Source of the DNA: Zygophlyctis sp. KS116
Lineage: Eukaryota; Fungi; Chytridiomycota
Assembly: GCA_054661495.1 (NCBI GenBank)
Contig: BAAFSQ010000054.1
Coordinates: 18,221-50,220, forward strand
Direction of reading: 5' to 3'
DNA: 32,000 nt
The notes below the pieces were generated by a model, which saw only the letters and a list, made by a program, of their open reading frames with translations, did no database searches and had not been told where the DNA came from. Both the position numbers and the translations under genes were made by a program. Below, piece by piece: positions 1 to 11,900 of the stretch (position 1 is its first letter; every line of letters starts with the position of its first letter).

Positions 1-13
1 TCATAAATTTCCG

Positions 14-42
14 AATGACATCAATGACCTGTTGATGTCATT
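14..42. promoter_or_regulatory. Perfect 11-bp inverted repeat (AATGACATCAA-N7-TTGATGTCATT) containing AATGAC motifs, just upstream of EFHC1
   Basis: 14-24 is the exact reverse complement of 32-42 and ends 15 nt before the ATG at 58. A regulatory role is inferred. Confidence 0.45.
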
Positions 43-57
43 ACCCTTTCTAAAAAA

Positions 58-2063
58 ATGAATAAAGGTATTCCATTTCTTCCTGGAAACTCATTTCAAA
101 ATGTCAAGGTATTCTATGAATAATATTAAAAAGATTAGAAGCATGATTTTAGAAAGCCTCATTCGCTAGGATACAAAAATGGTTATCCGACTCAGATCAC
201 TCCAAAACTAGGGATCGGACTTGAGGAATTAAATATCGGCGGAACACCATCAATTGAAGAATTGGCAGAATCAGCAGTGTCTAATGCATCAATCACTTAT
301 GGAGATAAACAGTTTCACACTAGAACAAAGGCTCCTCGATTTGTTCCGTCCCATGTTGCCTTTGATAAAGTTGTACGAAATCAAAAGTATTAATGATCAT
401 AGGTCTTAAGATTTGATGCGTACTTTAAAGAAACAGTGCATGAATCTACAGAACAATTTCATCTTCGGAAAGTTTTAATTCATTATTTCTTAGAAGATGA
501 TTCAATTGCTGTTGTAGAACCACCAGTTGAAAATAGCGGAATACTGCAAGGAGTATTAATAAAACGTCAACGCCTTCCAAAAAATTCTACAGAATTTTAC
601 TGTATTAAAGATTTTAATTTGGGAATCAATATTACTTTTTATGGAAAAACTTTTAGAATAGTATCTTGTGATGAATTTACAGAGGTAAGAAGTAATGGTT
701 GAAAATTAGCATTACCTGATGGAAACTGAAGGAATTCAATTGAATCCTCCAGAAAAAATGCCAGTCGATAATTATATTTTGCAACGTGTTCGACCTGCAA
801 GAGTTCATAATGTGAAGGGAGAAAGAAACGATCATTTACGTCGCTTTTTGGAAAATGATCGTAAAGTTCTTCGATTTTTCTGTATCTGGGACGATCGTGA
901 CTCTATGTATGGAGAACTTCGTGAATTTGTAATTAGAGACATTCTTAATCTAGGTTATTCATTATTATTTAGTAGATGATAGTGTAGAAGTCCGTGAAGT
1001 TCAAAAACCAAACAACGGAAGAGATCCATTCCCCATACTTCTTAAACGAACTAAACTTACAAAATCCTTTTCGGGTGATAATCATGACACTGCAAAATAT
1101 GTTTGGAATGATTTTCAAATAGGAGCTGTGATTGATGTATTGGGCCGTAAATTTCTAATGTATTTTTAAAAGAGTCTTATCATAGTCGTGATTGTGATGA
1201 ATACACAAAGAAATTCTTTTCAGAACATACTGGTGTCTCTGTAGATGACATTAAAGCCATCCCATTAGAAAAAGATGAACCTGCTAAATTAGAACATGAA
1301 CTTCCACCATATAATGGATTCGGATCTGTTGAAGACTCTTTAGGCTCTTGCAAATACTTGGTTTTACAGCCTCCTAAAAAAGACTTTATAAAAATGCTTG
1401 AAAATGAGCATAAAGTCCTTCGATTTGTTGCTAGACTAGATTCTAAACATAAAGAAGACAGGGACAGAAGATTTGTTATTAGTTATAGATTAGCAGATGA
1501 TACAATGACTATTTATGAGCCTCCTCAAAGGTATTATCTTTACTCTAAATTATAGAAATACAGGAATTCTTGGTGGTAAATTTAATGAAAGAACTAGACA
1601 CTTAAAGCCTGGATCATCTCTTTTATCACCTTCTGGACCAGTATACTATTCAACCGAAGATCTTTACGTCGGAGGAGAAATCGAAGTCTGTTCTCATCAC
1701 TTTGTACTTTTAGATGCTGATGAATATGTATTCAATTATATGGAATCTGATCCAGTAAAATATAAACAGAGTAATAAGGCGGCTGTTTTTGATAAAATGG
1801 CTAGATTTATTATTTCTGAACCAGGACATGACTTGAAGAGGAGCTTGAAACAACTATTTAGTAAATTAGATCCATCTGGATCACATTTAATTGATCGTAT
1901 TAAAGCGATTGAAGCAGCCCGATCTCTCAAATTACCATTATCGGATCATGTAATAATACTATAATTTAATATTTAGGAATTGGTTACTCTTTTAAGAATT
2001 TTTGAAGATTCTCCACGCCGCCTAAATTACGTCAAATTGCTATCAGCCCTTGATGAATTCTAA
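58..2063 (+). CDS. EFHC1: EFHC1/Rib72 axonemal microtubule inner protein (3 DM10 domains + degenerate EF-hand), 605 aa, 8 exons
   Basis: Exons 58-108,139-372,403-684,710-928,954-1159,1186-1530,1556-1949,1977-2063 joined through GT-AG introns of 30,30,25,25,26,25,27 nt (1818 nt in total). N-terminal IPFLPGNSF; DM10 motifs [35 protein letters not shown]...[14 protein letters not shown]. Confidence 0.93.
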
Positions 2064-4372
2064 GAAATCCCCCCATGAAGCAAGTTTAGAAATTATTTCT
2101 CGCATTGAGTCTGACTCCTTTCCTGTATTTGACGATTTGTCCATTAGCCATCTATCCTATGTCGAGCGGTGTCTGGATCAAAAGATTCATGCATTGGCGA
2201 TCAGAGACGATTTAGTAAATGGGCAAGAGCTACGACGAGAGATTGATGATTTCAAGGACAATCAAAAGATTATAACAATGACGATTAAAGATTGTCAACT
2301 GCAGCAAGAGAAATTAAATGAATATCAGGAACAAATAAGCAGTGCGCAACAGAAACTCGCCAATCTAAAAACGCAAAGGAAGAAATTGGACATTTTAAGG
2401 AGTTTTAAGAAGGTATTATCAAAAATATTTAAGTTAGATTCAAGATGGTTTTGATCTGATTGATGAAAAGAGTGGGACAGGGGATTTATTAGGAGCTTCT
2501 CATGTTTTAAAGGATTTAGAACCACTCATTGAAAATATTAAGGATTCTAAATTAGAATCAGAGAATGATGTATTGGTAATTATTGTAATATTTTAAATTT
2601 TTTAGGATAGATATAATCATTTAAGAAGTGGGATAAAGTATTCTTTAGATTATATGCTGGAAGAAGCATTCAACTGTTCATTTACTCCTGCGCCAGTGGC
2701 AACTGCAAAGATTAGTATTAAAACTTCAATAGGTGTGATAAAAGAATTAATAGGATAGATTTTGGGCCAGGTATTCCTTCTTCGCAGACAGTTAAAGGGG
2801 CTTTAGATGCAATTCAGGCTGGTGATCAGTTGTTACGTCAAGTTTTTACTCCAATCTTGATGTGTAATAGTAATTGGGAGTTTGAAGAATCAAAAGAAAA
2901 TGGATCAGTGCTTTTAATAACCGCTGAAAATAATTCTGATATGGATATTATACAGATTTTGGATAGAATACTTACATTTTTATCTATAGTATTGAAAGAT
3001 TTCACTTCGTGTACAGATCCAAAAACTTCTTTTTTAACTCAGATTGGATCATACTCTTATGAAAAAATTGCATCTTTATTGATCAAGGAGTGGTTAATGC
3101 CACTCACTCCAAAAAACTACAAGGAATTGACTGATTACCCAGTTCAAATAGCAGAAAAATTTATGAATTTTGAAATCAAATGGTCGAAAGAGTCTATATT
3201 TATTCCATTGGATGGAAAGTATTTAACAGAATACTTCAAAGATATTGTGTCTATATCGCTTAAGCAATGGCGCTCAAATCTTTTAAAAGAGGCGAGGGAA
3301 ATTATTAATTCTAGTGATTATGAGTACGAAATTGTGTGCCCAAAAATGGTATCTGAAGCTTCATGTATTTTAATTCTTGTTTCTAAATTAAAAGCTGAAA
3401 AATATCCAGACTCAGAGTTTGATAATATACTGCAGTCCCCTAAATGTGCTATTAGTAAGCGTATAATTAGATTTGTTGATTTGATACGGAAAACTATTGT
3501 AAATGCTAATTCAATGGACAAGGTCTGGTATATTATATTTCATCTTATGTTAGCCAAAAACATGTCTTGATAAGCTGTACAAAAACATTTGTGCTGTACA
3601 GAGCTACAGTTCACAATCAGCGAACTGATATTCCTCTTTTGGCGCTGGTTTGTTTCAACGATTTAATGTATTTATCAAATGAATACATGCTTTGTATTTT
3701 CAATTTTCCGTTTTGGTCGCAAGACTATAGCTTCCTGGATCAATGCGGATTATTTAGAGAATGCGGGCGTGTAATCTTCAAAAATGTTTTGGTACGCATG
3801 ATATAATTTAAAATCTAGCACAAACAAAAATCAAATATCGATGAAATATTTTCTACAATAGTTGATTTTCAGGTGAGGAAGAAAAAACAGATCACTGGAT
3901 TACAGGCTTTAGTGGAACAGTTGATTCACCAAGTCAACTCCATAGCAGAAATATTCAAGGCATGATTATTTAGCTAATTATTTAGAAAGTTTTAAGTACT
4001 AGGATGTATTACAGGGCACTTGCAGATATATTAGACCATGTGTTTCAACGCTTTATCGATGGTATTTTAGATTTGCCAGATATCACCACCGAGGAATCAA
4101 ATCATTTACATTCAAACTTATCAATTTTTTTCCAATTTGATTCAAGATTTGACTCCCGCAAGGAAAGTATTCAACCATCTTTATTTACAAAATTTAAATT
4201 CATCGTAAATATTTTGGACATGAATATGGCAAATATCATGTTACATTTCGAAAGTGGTGAATTGAAAGAATTTTCTCTGTATGAACTAAAACACTTGATT
4301 TGCGCACTTTTTGCAGATACGCCTCTTAGAAAGAAGAATCTTGGCTTGATTGAATCTCAATTGAAAGAATGA
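2053..4372 (+). CDS. ZW10: ZW10/Dsl1-like kinetochore and ER-tether protein, about 710-720 aa
   Basis: Introns 2413-2437, 2576-2605 (alternative donor 2585), 2733-2758, 3528-3553, 3792-3818 and GC-AG 3960-3985; possible extra stopless intron 3365-3394. C-terminal motifs FNDLMYLS, DITTEESNHL and FSLYELKHLICALFADTPLRKKNL are ZW10-like. The ATG at 2053 overlaps the end of EFHC1, so the start is less certain. Confidence 0.82.
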
Positions 4373-5187
4373 ACTCTTTAGCAAGTTGATAAAACAATTC
4401 TTCCTTGAGTACACCATCATGCGATCCTTTAAGACTTTGAGTATCCAATTTAACATTTGTGATCCCTTCTAAATGCGTCTTGTAATCAGTTGTTTGTCCA
4501 ACATCAAGTAACTCATCATTACAGCTATGAAGCAAAAGATATTGTGGAATCTTTCCCTCTAAATTCGATTTCTTTGGATTATAAAATCGCGGCGATCCTT
4601 GGTTCCATACTGAAACATCTGCAGTGAATGCATCATTAACAAACCATTCGGCATAAGTTGGCCATGTATCACACATTAACTTAATATCATAGATCCCCTC
4701 TAGACCAATAACGCCATTGATTCTCTTGTAAGTATTTTGGTCAATACTGATTGCCTTGAGCGCAATCAATCCTGATATTTGCGCACCCGCAGAATGTCCA
4801 ATTATATAAAAATGCGGTTCAAACTTTAGAATTGATCTGATCTCTGGGGAATCTAAAAAACAAATTGCATCTGCAGCCTATAAATCGGTTAAAATCAATT
4901 GTCAAGGTACATCCAAAGCGGGTGCAGGATATTTAGCTACATTTGATAGTCTATAATTGATGATTGCTATTGCGAATCCCATCTCAGCAAATGATTTGCC
5001 CAAAAATGAGAAATCTGATTTATCTCCCATTCGCCATGCTCCTTTGATCAACTCGACAAAAGTTACCTCCATGTACATAAATTAGCAAAGGTCCGGACAA
5101 TACATTTTCTGGCAAGTAAATATCAAGTTTATTTTTAGCGTCGGATGGGTCATTAGACTGTTTAAAGACGAGATCATGATAAATCAT
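4326..5187 (-). CDS. Alpha/beta hydrolase, HSL/kynurenine formamidase-like family, 267 aa
   Basis: Exons 5187-5067, 5041-4911, 4877-4326 (introns 25 and 33 nt). LDIYLP..PLLIYVHGGAW oxyanion motif, INYRLS, nucleophile GHSAG, and D (NDELL) and H (GSHDG) triad candidates. Confidence 0.85.
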
Positions 5188-7410
5188 TGTTTTGTTTTCT
5201 TTTTTGGCAACAAACAAACCGTGATATGTTTATCAACATAAGTCCACGAATTCTCTGATTCAAAAATAAGAGGCCGTTTAATATCAGTGAAGTTTATACG
5301 GCGATTAGAATCAAACTGGGATAAAATCTTACTGCAATCCTTCGAAGTATGCTGATTATCAGACATAACACATTCCTTCTTCAAATCACAATGTTGATTT
5401 ACTCCGACATGATCAAAAGAATGATTAGCTAGCTCGTATAACCCATCATCTTGCTTTCGAGATGTTATCACAGGGGAAGATCTCATTTTCTTGATCCTTG
5501 AGGCCTTTGCGTTATGCATGTCACGGTTCATGTGGGTCATTTGAAGTAAAAGAGTATCTCTATCAGCTACCAACTCCAAAATAGATTTACGGTAATGTTC
5601 AATGACCTCTATATTTGCAGCTTCAGGAGCGAAAGTAGAGTTTTTAGAATTCTGATGAAGTAATTCCTCATTTAATTCATAAACTTGAAGGGATAAATCA
5701 GAATTGATTCTTTCTAATGCATCGATTCTGGCATCTAGGTTAGCATTGTCTTGTTCTATATATTTAAGAGATAGATACTCATTTTCCAAAAGTTCAGCTT
5801 CCATTTTTGCATCAAAACGTTGCGTTTGTGTATTTTCTGAAACAACTGTAGGATTTTCTAACAATTAGATAAAATGCATACCGAATAAATTGCTGTTTTC
5901 AAGAATTTGTAAAATTGATTCAGTCTCCAACTCTAAGGGAGATCGAGGTGACATACTGGTCTTAGTAGTTTTGAAACGGGATAGTTTGACAGACTTTTCA
6001 AATTTTTGAACACAAAGTAAATCACCATCTCCGTCTTTAAAAGATTCAACCTTTCCAAAAGTATCATTTTCTTCAACTGTGAAATTTTCATACTTTTCTG
6101 ATATGATCATATCTTCAGGTGATTGAAGGGGAGAAACATCATCTGCTTTCATTACATGCTCTTTCAAATCGGTAAAAGACGTTTGAGTAAGAAATTCGTG
6201 AGATGAAGGATATGCCTGAGTTGAACAACTTTTGGTATTTGCTGTATTGGACTGTGTAAAAACTGTTTTGTTGCTAATAGCTGTTTGTGTCTCCCCTGAG
6301 TGTGCTTCTACAGATTCAGTCTGCAAAGATACAGACTCCCCTGGCTTGATGTCCATATCATGATTTTGCTTATCTGTTTCTGTAAATGAGTCACTTGTTT
6401 CCAATGCTGAAAAGGCTAAAGCACGCGAAATAAGTAAATCGTCAGGATACGGACCATCAGTCTGCTGCAAAGTTTCATTTAATTCTTTGACAATCTCTAT
6501 ATTGGCCTGAACTGATATCTCTTCATACTCGGTTTCTGTGGTTTGAATCATATGCTCGTGAGTAGATGGATGTGCTTGTGAAGAGAAACTATTCTTTTCA
6601 ACTGGCAAAACTTGAGTAAAAGATTCCACAACAGCAGGCTTTTGTATTTCTTCTGTTTGTGTCTCCCCTGAGAGTGCTTCTACAGAGTCAGTCTGCAAAG
6701 ATACAGACTCCCCTGGTTTAATGTCCATATCATGATTTTGCTTATCTGTTTCTGTAAATGAGTCACTTGTTTCCAATGCTGAAAAGGCTAAAGCACGCGA
6801 AATAAGTAAATCGTCAGGATACGGACCATCAGTCTGCTGCAAAGTTTCATTTAATTCTTTGACAATCTCTATATTGGCCTGAACTGATATCTCTTCATAC
6901 TCGGTTTCTGTGGTTTGAATCATATGCTCGTGAGTAGATGGATGTGCTTGTGAAGAGAAACTATTCTTTTCAACTGGTAAAACTTGAGTGTATGATTCCT
7001 TGAAATTAAATTTTTCCGTTTGAGTTTCTAATCATTAAATTCCATTAGTATACCAATATTTGTCAGTTTATCATATGAAGCAGCCTCATTATTCTGAAAT
7101 TTAAATTCCCCTAATTGAGATAAATCAAAATCTATCAAATCTGTTTGTATTGAACCATCACAAGTATCAAATGCATCCATGTCTTCTACCGATAATTCAT
7201 TAATAGCTTTTATGAGATCCGAAACTTGTTCCAATGATATCCCGATTTCAATTTGCACCCTCTCTCTAATTTGCCTCTCTTCATTAAGAGCTTTTGTTAG
7301 ATTTTTGATCTGAAATTCAAGATCCTTTACATAAAGCCGCTCTATTTTTAAGTACTGTATAGATCACCTTGAGTCATAATAGTAAGATCAGTCTCACTCC
7401 AATAGTTCAT
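5184..7410 (-). CDS. Hypothetical 716-aa protein: N- and C-terminal coiled coils flanking a disordered acidic region rich in TQT/xQT motifs
   Basis: Exons 7410-7368, 7341-7054, 7027-5882, 5857-5184 (introns 26, 26, 24 nt) give 2151 nt in one frame and unite ORFs 7028..7258, 5865..6923 and 5184..5864. The start codon is inferred. Confidence 0.75.
6281..6999. repeat. Intragenic tandem duplication, period 372 nt (124 aa), two near-identical copies
   Basis: 6281-6627 aligns to 6653-6999 with about 8 mismatches by eye; the peptide MIQTTETEYEEISVQANIEIVKELNETLQQTDGPYPDD... occurs twice. Confidence 0.95.
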
Positions 7411-7729
7411 TTTGATCTGCACAAGAAAATTTGATCCTGAACTGTCTGTTTCATTGTAAAATATTCACCAGAAACATTCCATTATATCATTAAATTGAAT
7501 TAGCTTTAATGCATTGATGAGCCAACACATGCGGCTTATAGTACAAAGTAAATCGGACAATCATACTAAAACGCGATCATCTTTGTGCCTGAGTTGATTT
7601 GAAGAATAGATGCACTAGTTTTTATGGAATGTATGAAATGTATAATTGATATCTGAGATCCATCATACTCTATATTTACTGATTCAACTCGAGTCAGGAC
7701 TGAAACGTTTAGGCTGAGGCTGCAACAAA

Positions 7730-8905
7730 ATGCGAATGTTTCGACGATGGCAAAGTTCAACTGTTTTCAAATTGGCAGAAAATAGCTTCGACGTCCACAA
7801 ATGTGACATGCCGCCTCTAGAGACTACTCTAAGTAGAACCCAGGCGCTTGATCTATACAAGACAATGGTTAATATTCGTAGGATTGAAACGGCATCGGAT
7901 CAGGTAATTTATTTGACTCATCGATAGCTCTACAAAGCAAAGCTGATTCGAGGCTTTTGTCATTTATCAACCGGACAAGAAGCGGTGGCTGCAGGGATGG
8001 ATGCTGCAATTACAAAGGAAGATTCAATAATTACTGCTTATAGATGTCATGGATTTACTTATACAAGAGGGGTCTCTGCAAAGGCTATTATTGCGGAATT
8101 GATGGGAAGAGTTGATGGATGTTCCAAGGGAAAAGGGTAATTACAGGTTTCATTAGTTTATCTCGCCGTAAATTTACTTTTTAGAGGTTCGATGCATATG
8201 TTTGGAAAAGAATTTTATGGTGGAAATGGGATTGTTGGGGCACAGGTTCCTATTGGGGCGGGTATTGCATTTTCTCACAAGTATTTGGGAAAAAAGGCAA
8301 TGTGCTTTTCAATGTATGGTGATGGTGCGTCAAATCAAGGTCAGGTTTTTGAAGCTTTTAATATGGCAAAACTTTGGGATCTTCCAGTCGTTTTTGTTTG
8401 TGAAAATAATAAGTATGGAATGGGAACTTCTGATAAGCGTCATTCTGCATCTACAAATTACTATACTCGAGGAGATTTTCTTCCAGGAATAAGAGTTAAT
8501 GGAATGGATGTTCTTGCAGTTAAAGTTGGTTGTGAATTTGCAAGAGAATGGACACTTTCTGGAAAGGGGCCAATGGTCATGGAACTTGTGACGTATCGTT
8601 ATGGTGGTCATTCAATGTCTGATCCAGGAACTACTTATCGAACTAGGGAAGAAATTCAACATATGAGATCTACCCGTGATCCTATCACAGGATTTAAAGA
8701 AAAAATTATTGCTTCTGAACTTGTGACTGATGCTGAATTAAAGAAACTAGACAAGGATATTAAGGCAGAGATTGATCAAGCAGTGGAAGAGGCTACAGCA
8801 TCTCCAGAGCCAGGTTTAGATCAGCTATTTACTGATATCTATGTCAAGGGAACTGAGCCTCCATTTTTAAAGGGAGTAATGTCAGATGATATTCATACTT
8901 TTTAA
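7730..8905 (+). CDS. PDA1: Pyruvate dehydrogenase E1 alpha subunit, mitochondrial, 367 aa
   Basis: Exons 7730-7903, 7928-8136, 8185-8905 (introns 24 and 48 nt). Motifs [30 protein letters not shown], and phospho-loop [20 protein letters not shown]. Confidence 0.98.
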
Positions 8906-8932
8906 AAATAATTTTTTTTGATTACAGAAAAG

Positions 8933-11900
8933 TTAAGCAATTTCTTCATCGTCTTCCAGGGGGGTATAATTATTATTCCTATGTCTTGTTAAAACTTGTT
9001 TGATAGCATCCAAAGGAGAATCTGTGACAGGAGATTCGTTTGGACCAAGATATATAGTAGAATCTTTGGCTTTCAATGATGAGGGAAGATGCCGTGAGTC
9101 GTTAGAGTATTCTGGCTTCTTATATAATTTCAGCAAAAGTGATGATGTAACAACTGAAACAGAGCTCAAAGACATGGCGATTCCGCTCAACATAGGAGGA
9201 ACCTTTAATCCAAAAGGTACACCCACACCCATCGCCAGAGGTACCATTAAAGTATTACTATTCGTAAATGTAAACTGCTGCTTACTAAAATGTTGCAAAT
9301 GCAAAATTAAGCCAAATCCTTCTCATTATTGTTTTTGATAAATCTATTGCAGTCACAACATCCGTCAAATCAGGTCGCATCAAAACAATGTTCGCTGCAT
9401 CTATTGCAACATCTGTTCCACCAGCGACAGCAATTCCAATATCTGCTTGTGCTAAACTCGCAGAGTCATTTAGACCGTCACCAACCATAGCAACTATTCG
9501 ACCTTCAGACTGAAGCTTTTCAACTATTTGCTTTTTTCCGGCAGGAGTAACGCCAGCATAAATATCAACAATATGACATTCTCGACCAATCATCCGAGCT
9601 GTTGATTCTTGGTCTCCTGTCACCATCAATACCTTGATTCCCATTTTCTCCAAGGATGAAACGGCTGCAGAAGCTTCCAGCCGAAGTACATCACTAACTG
9701 CGATCATTCCAGCTATTTCACCATTAAACGCCGCAAATATGGATGTTTGTCCACGGCCTGCGTGTAAATGAAATTTGTCCATATGATCATCAGTAAGAAC
9801 GATTTTGTTATTTTCCATGACTTTAATGTTTCCAATTACAACCGATGTGGAAATACTATTGATGGAATTTTTAACTATACATTTGATTCCCAGAGCGGGA
9901 AGATCTTCAAAATTTTGAACTTCGTAATGATAATTATGTAAAGTAATTTTCTCTGCATATTCCACGATTGACTTTGCAATAGGATGCTTACTATTTTTTT
10001 CAGCAGTACCTACAATTGACAAGAGTTCTGTTTCAGAAAGAGTGCGAGATTTAAATAAAACATAAACAGCATCAATGCCCATTTTCCCTGTAGTCAAAGT
10101 ACCGGTTTTGTCAAAAATGATGGTATTTACTTTATGAGCTGTTTCCAGAGGTCTTCCACCTTTGATGACAATCCCCAAGCTAGCCCCAACTCCCGTACCG
10201 ACCATAACTGCGGTGGGAGTCGCCAGACCTATAATAAGTAAAAGAATTCTTACCTAATGCACATGGGCAAGCTACAACCACGACTGATATGGAGAAAATT
10301 AATGCATCGAAAAATGGAACGAAAAGAAGCCACACAGTGAATGTCAATATGGCCAAAACAATGATTGAAGGTACAAAATATCCAGATATCCAATCTGCTA
10401 AATCCTGAACAGGCGCTTTAGAAACCTGTGCATCTGTTACGAGTTTAATTATTTGTGAAAGAGTGGAGTCTTCACCGACTCTTTGAGCCTTAACATGAAG
10501 AACACCCTACAGTCAATTTTTAAACGATATACCGTTAAATTCAAAGTACCGCCTATCACAATTTCTTTCTCAGATTTTGTCACGGGGAATGGTTCCCCGG
10601 TGATTAAGGATTCGTCGACTGTGCTTTCACCATAAATCACACTCCCATCAGCCGGGATCTTTTCGCCCGGCCTGACCTTCAAAACATCATTTTCTTCGAT
10701 AAGATTTTGACCTATTTGTTTTTCTGTTTCTCTTCCTGATTCATCATATTCTATCAATGTTCCAAAAGCTGGAGCTAATGAAATAAGTTTTGATAGTGCT
10801 GAAGTGGTGTTACTTTTGGCAATATTTTCCAGATATCTTCCCAAGCTTACAAAACATATCAACATTGCACAAAGTTCAAAAAATACCGGAGTCGGGATTT
10901 TAGGCTTAAACACCACAGAATATATCATAGAAATCAGCGAAAAGGTAAAAGATAGTAACGTGCCCAGGGTAATCAATACATCCTTAAAATATTAGAAAAA
11001 TACTAAACTTACCATTGTATACACTCTATGCCGAACTGATTTGAAAGCAGCTTCGAAAAACACCCTACCAACCCCAAATTGAATCGGTAAAGTGAGTAGC
11101 ACCAAAATTACATCTGTTAGTCGTAGTCCTGAAATTAAAGTATAATTATAGCTATTCGCAGATATTAGCATCGGTAGAATCATTGTAATAAATGCAACTG
11201 GAATACCCCATACACAAGACATATAAAATGTATGCTTCCATTTCAAGATTTCTTTAGTCCTTTGTAGACTTTCTAGCTGAGCTGAAGGATCTGCATTATC
11301 TACAACCGCATCAAATCCTATATCTTCAATATGAGAAATTATTTTTCTAATTCCAAGTTTAGATTTATCGTACTCAAAAACTCCACTTTGTCCAAGAAGA
11401 TTCACAGAAACCTTTTTTATTCCTGGTACTTTTGATAATTCTCTTTCAATACTTGCTGAACAACTAGCACAAGTCATACCAAAAATTCTTAAGCAAACTG
11501 ATTTTTTGGAATCCTCCTTCATGACTTTTGCTTCAAATCCAATTTCTTCAATTTTATCTACAATTTGATCCGGACCTATTAATGATCCATTATATCGAAC
11601 TTCAGCACTTTGAGCTAAAAGAGAAACTGATACACCAAGAATACCATCTGTCTGCCTTAGACTGTTTTCAATTGAACTAACACATGACCCACAAAACATC
11701 CCATTTACATTGAATCTACATATCCTTGATTCTGCAGTAATCGCTGACCTTTTACTTCTTAAAGTTTTCATTTCAATATCTTGAGAATTTGAATGATCAA
11801 ACTCAAATCCAGGACTTTTTACCAATTTAGTACCTTGAATCGATGCATCAAATCCACAATCTTCAATTGTAGATATTAATAGAGCCTCTGAAACCTTTGA

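Noticed and set aside
7411-7729. A further gene in the 319-nt divergent spacer (ORF 7566..7760)
   Set aside because: The ORF has a non-ATG start overlapping PDA1 and I found no convincing spliced model. The spacer is treated as a bidirectional promoter, although an extra upstream exon cannot be excluded.
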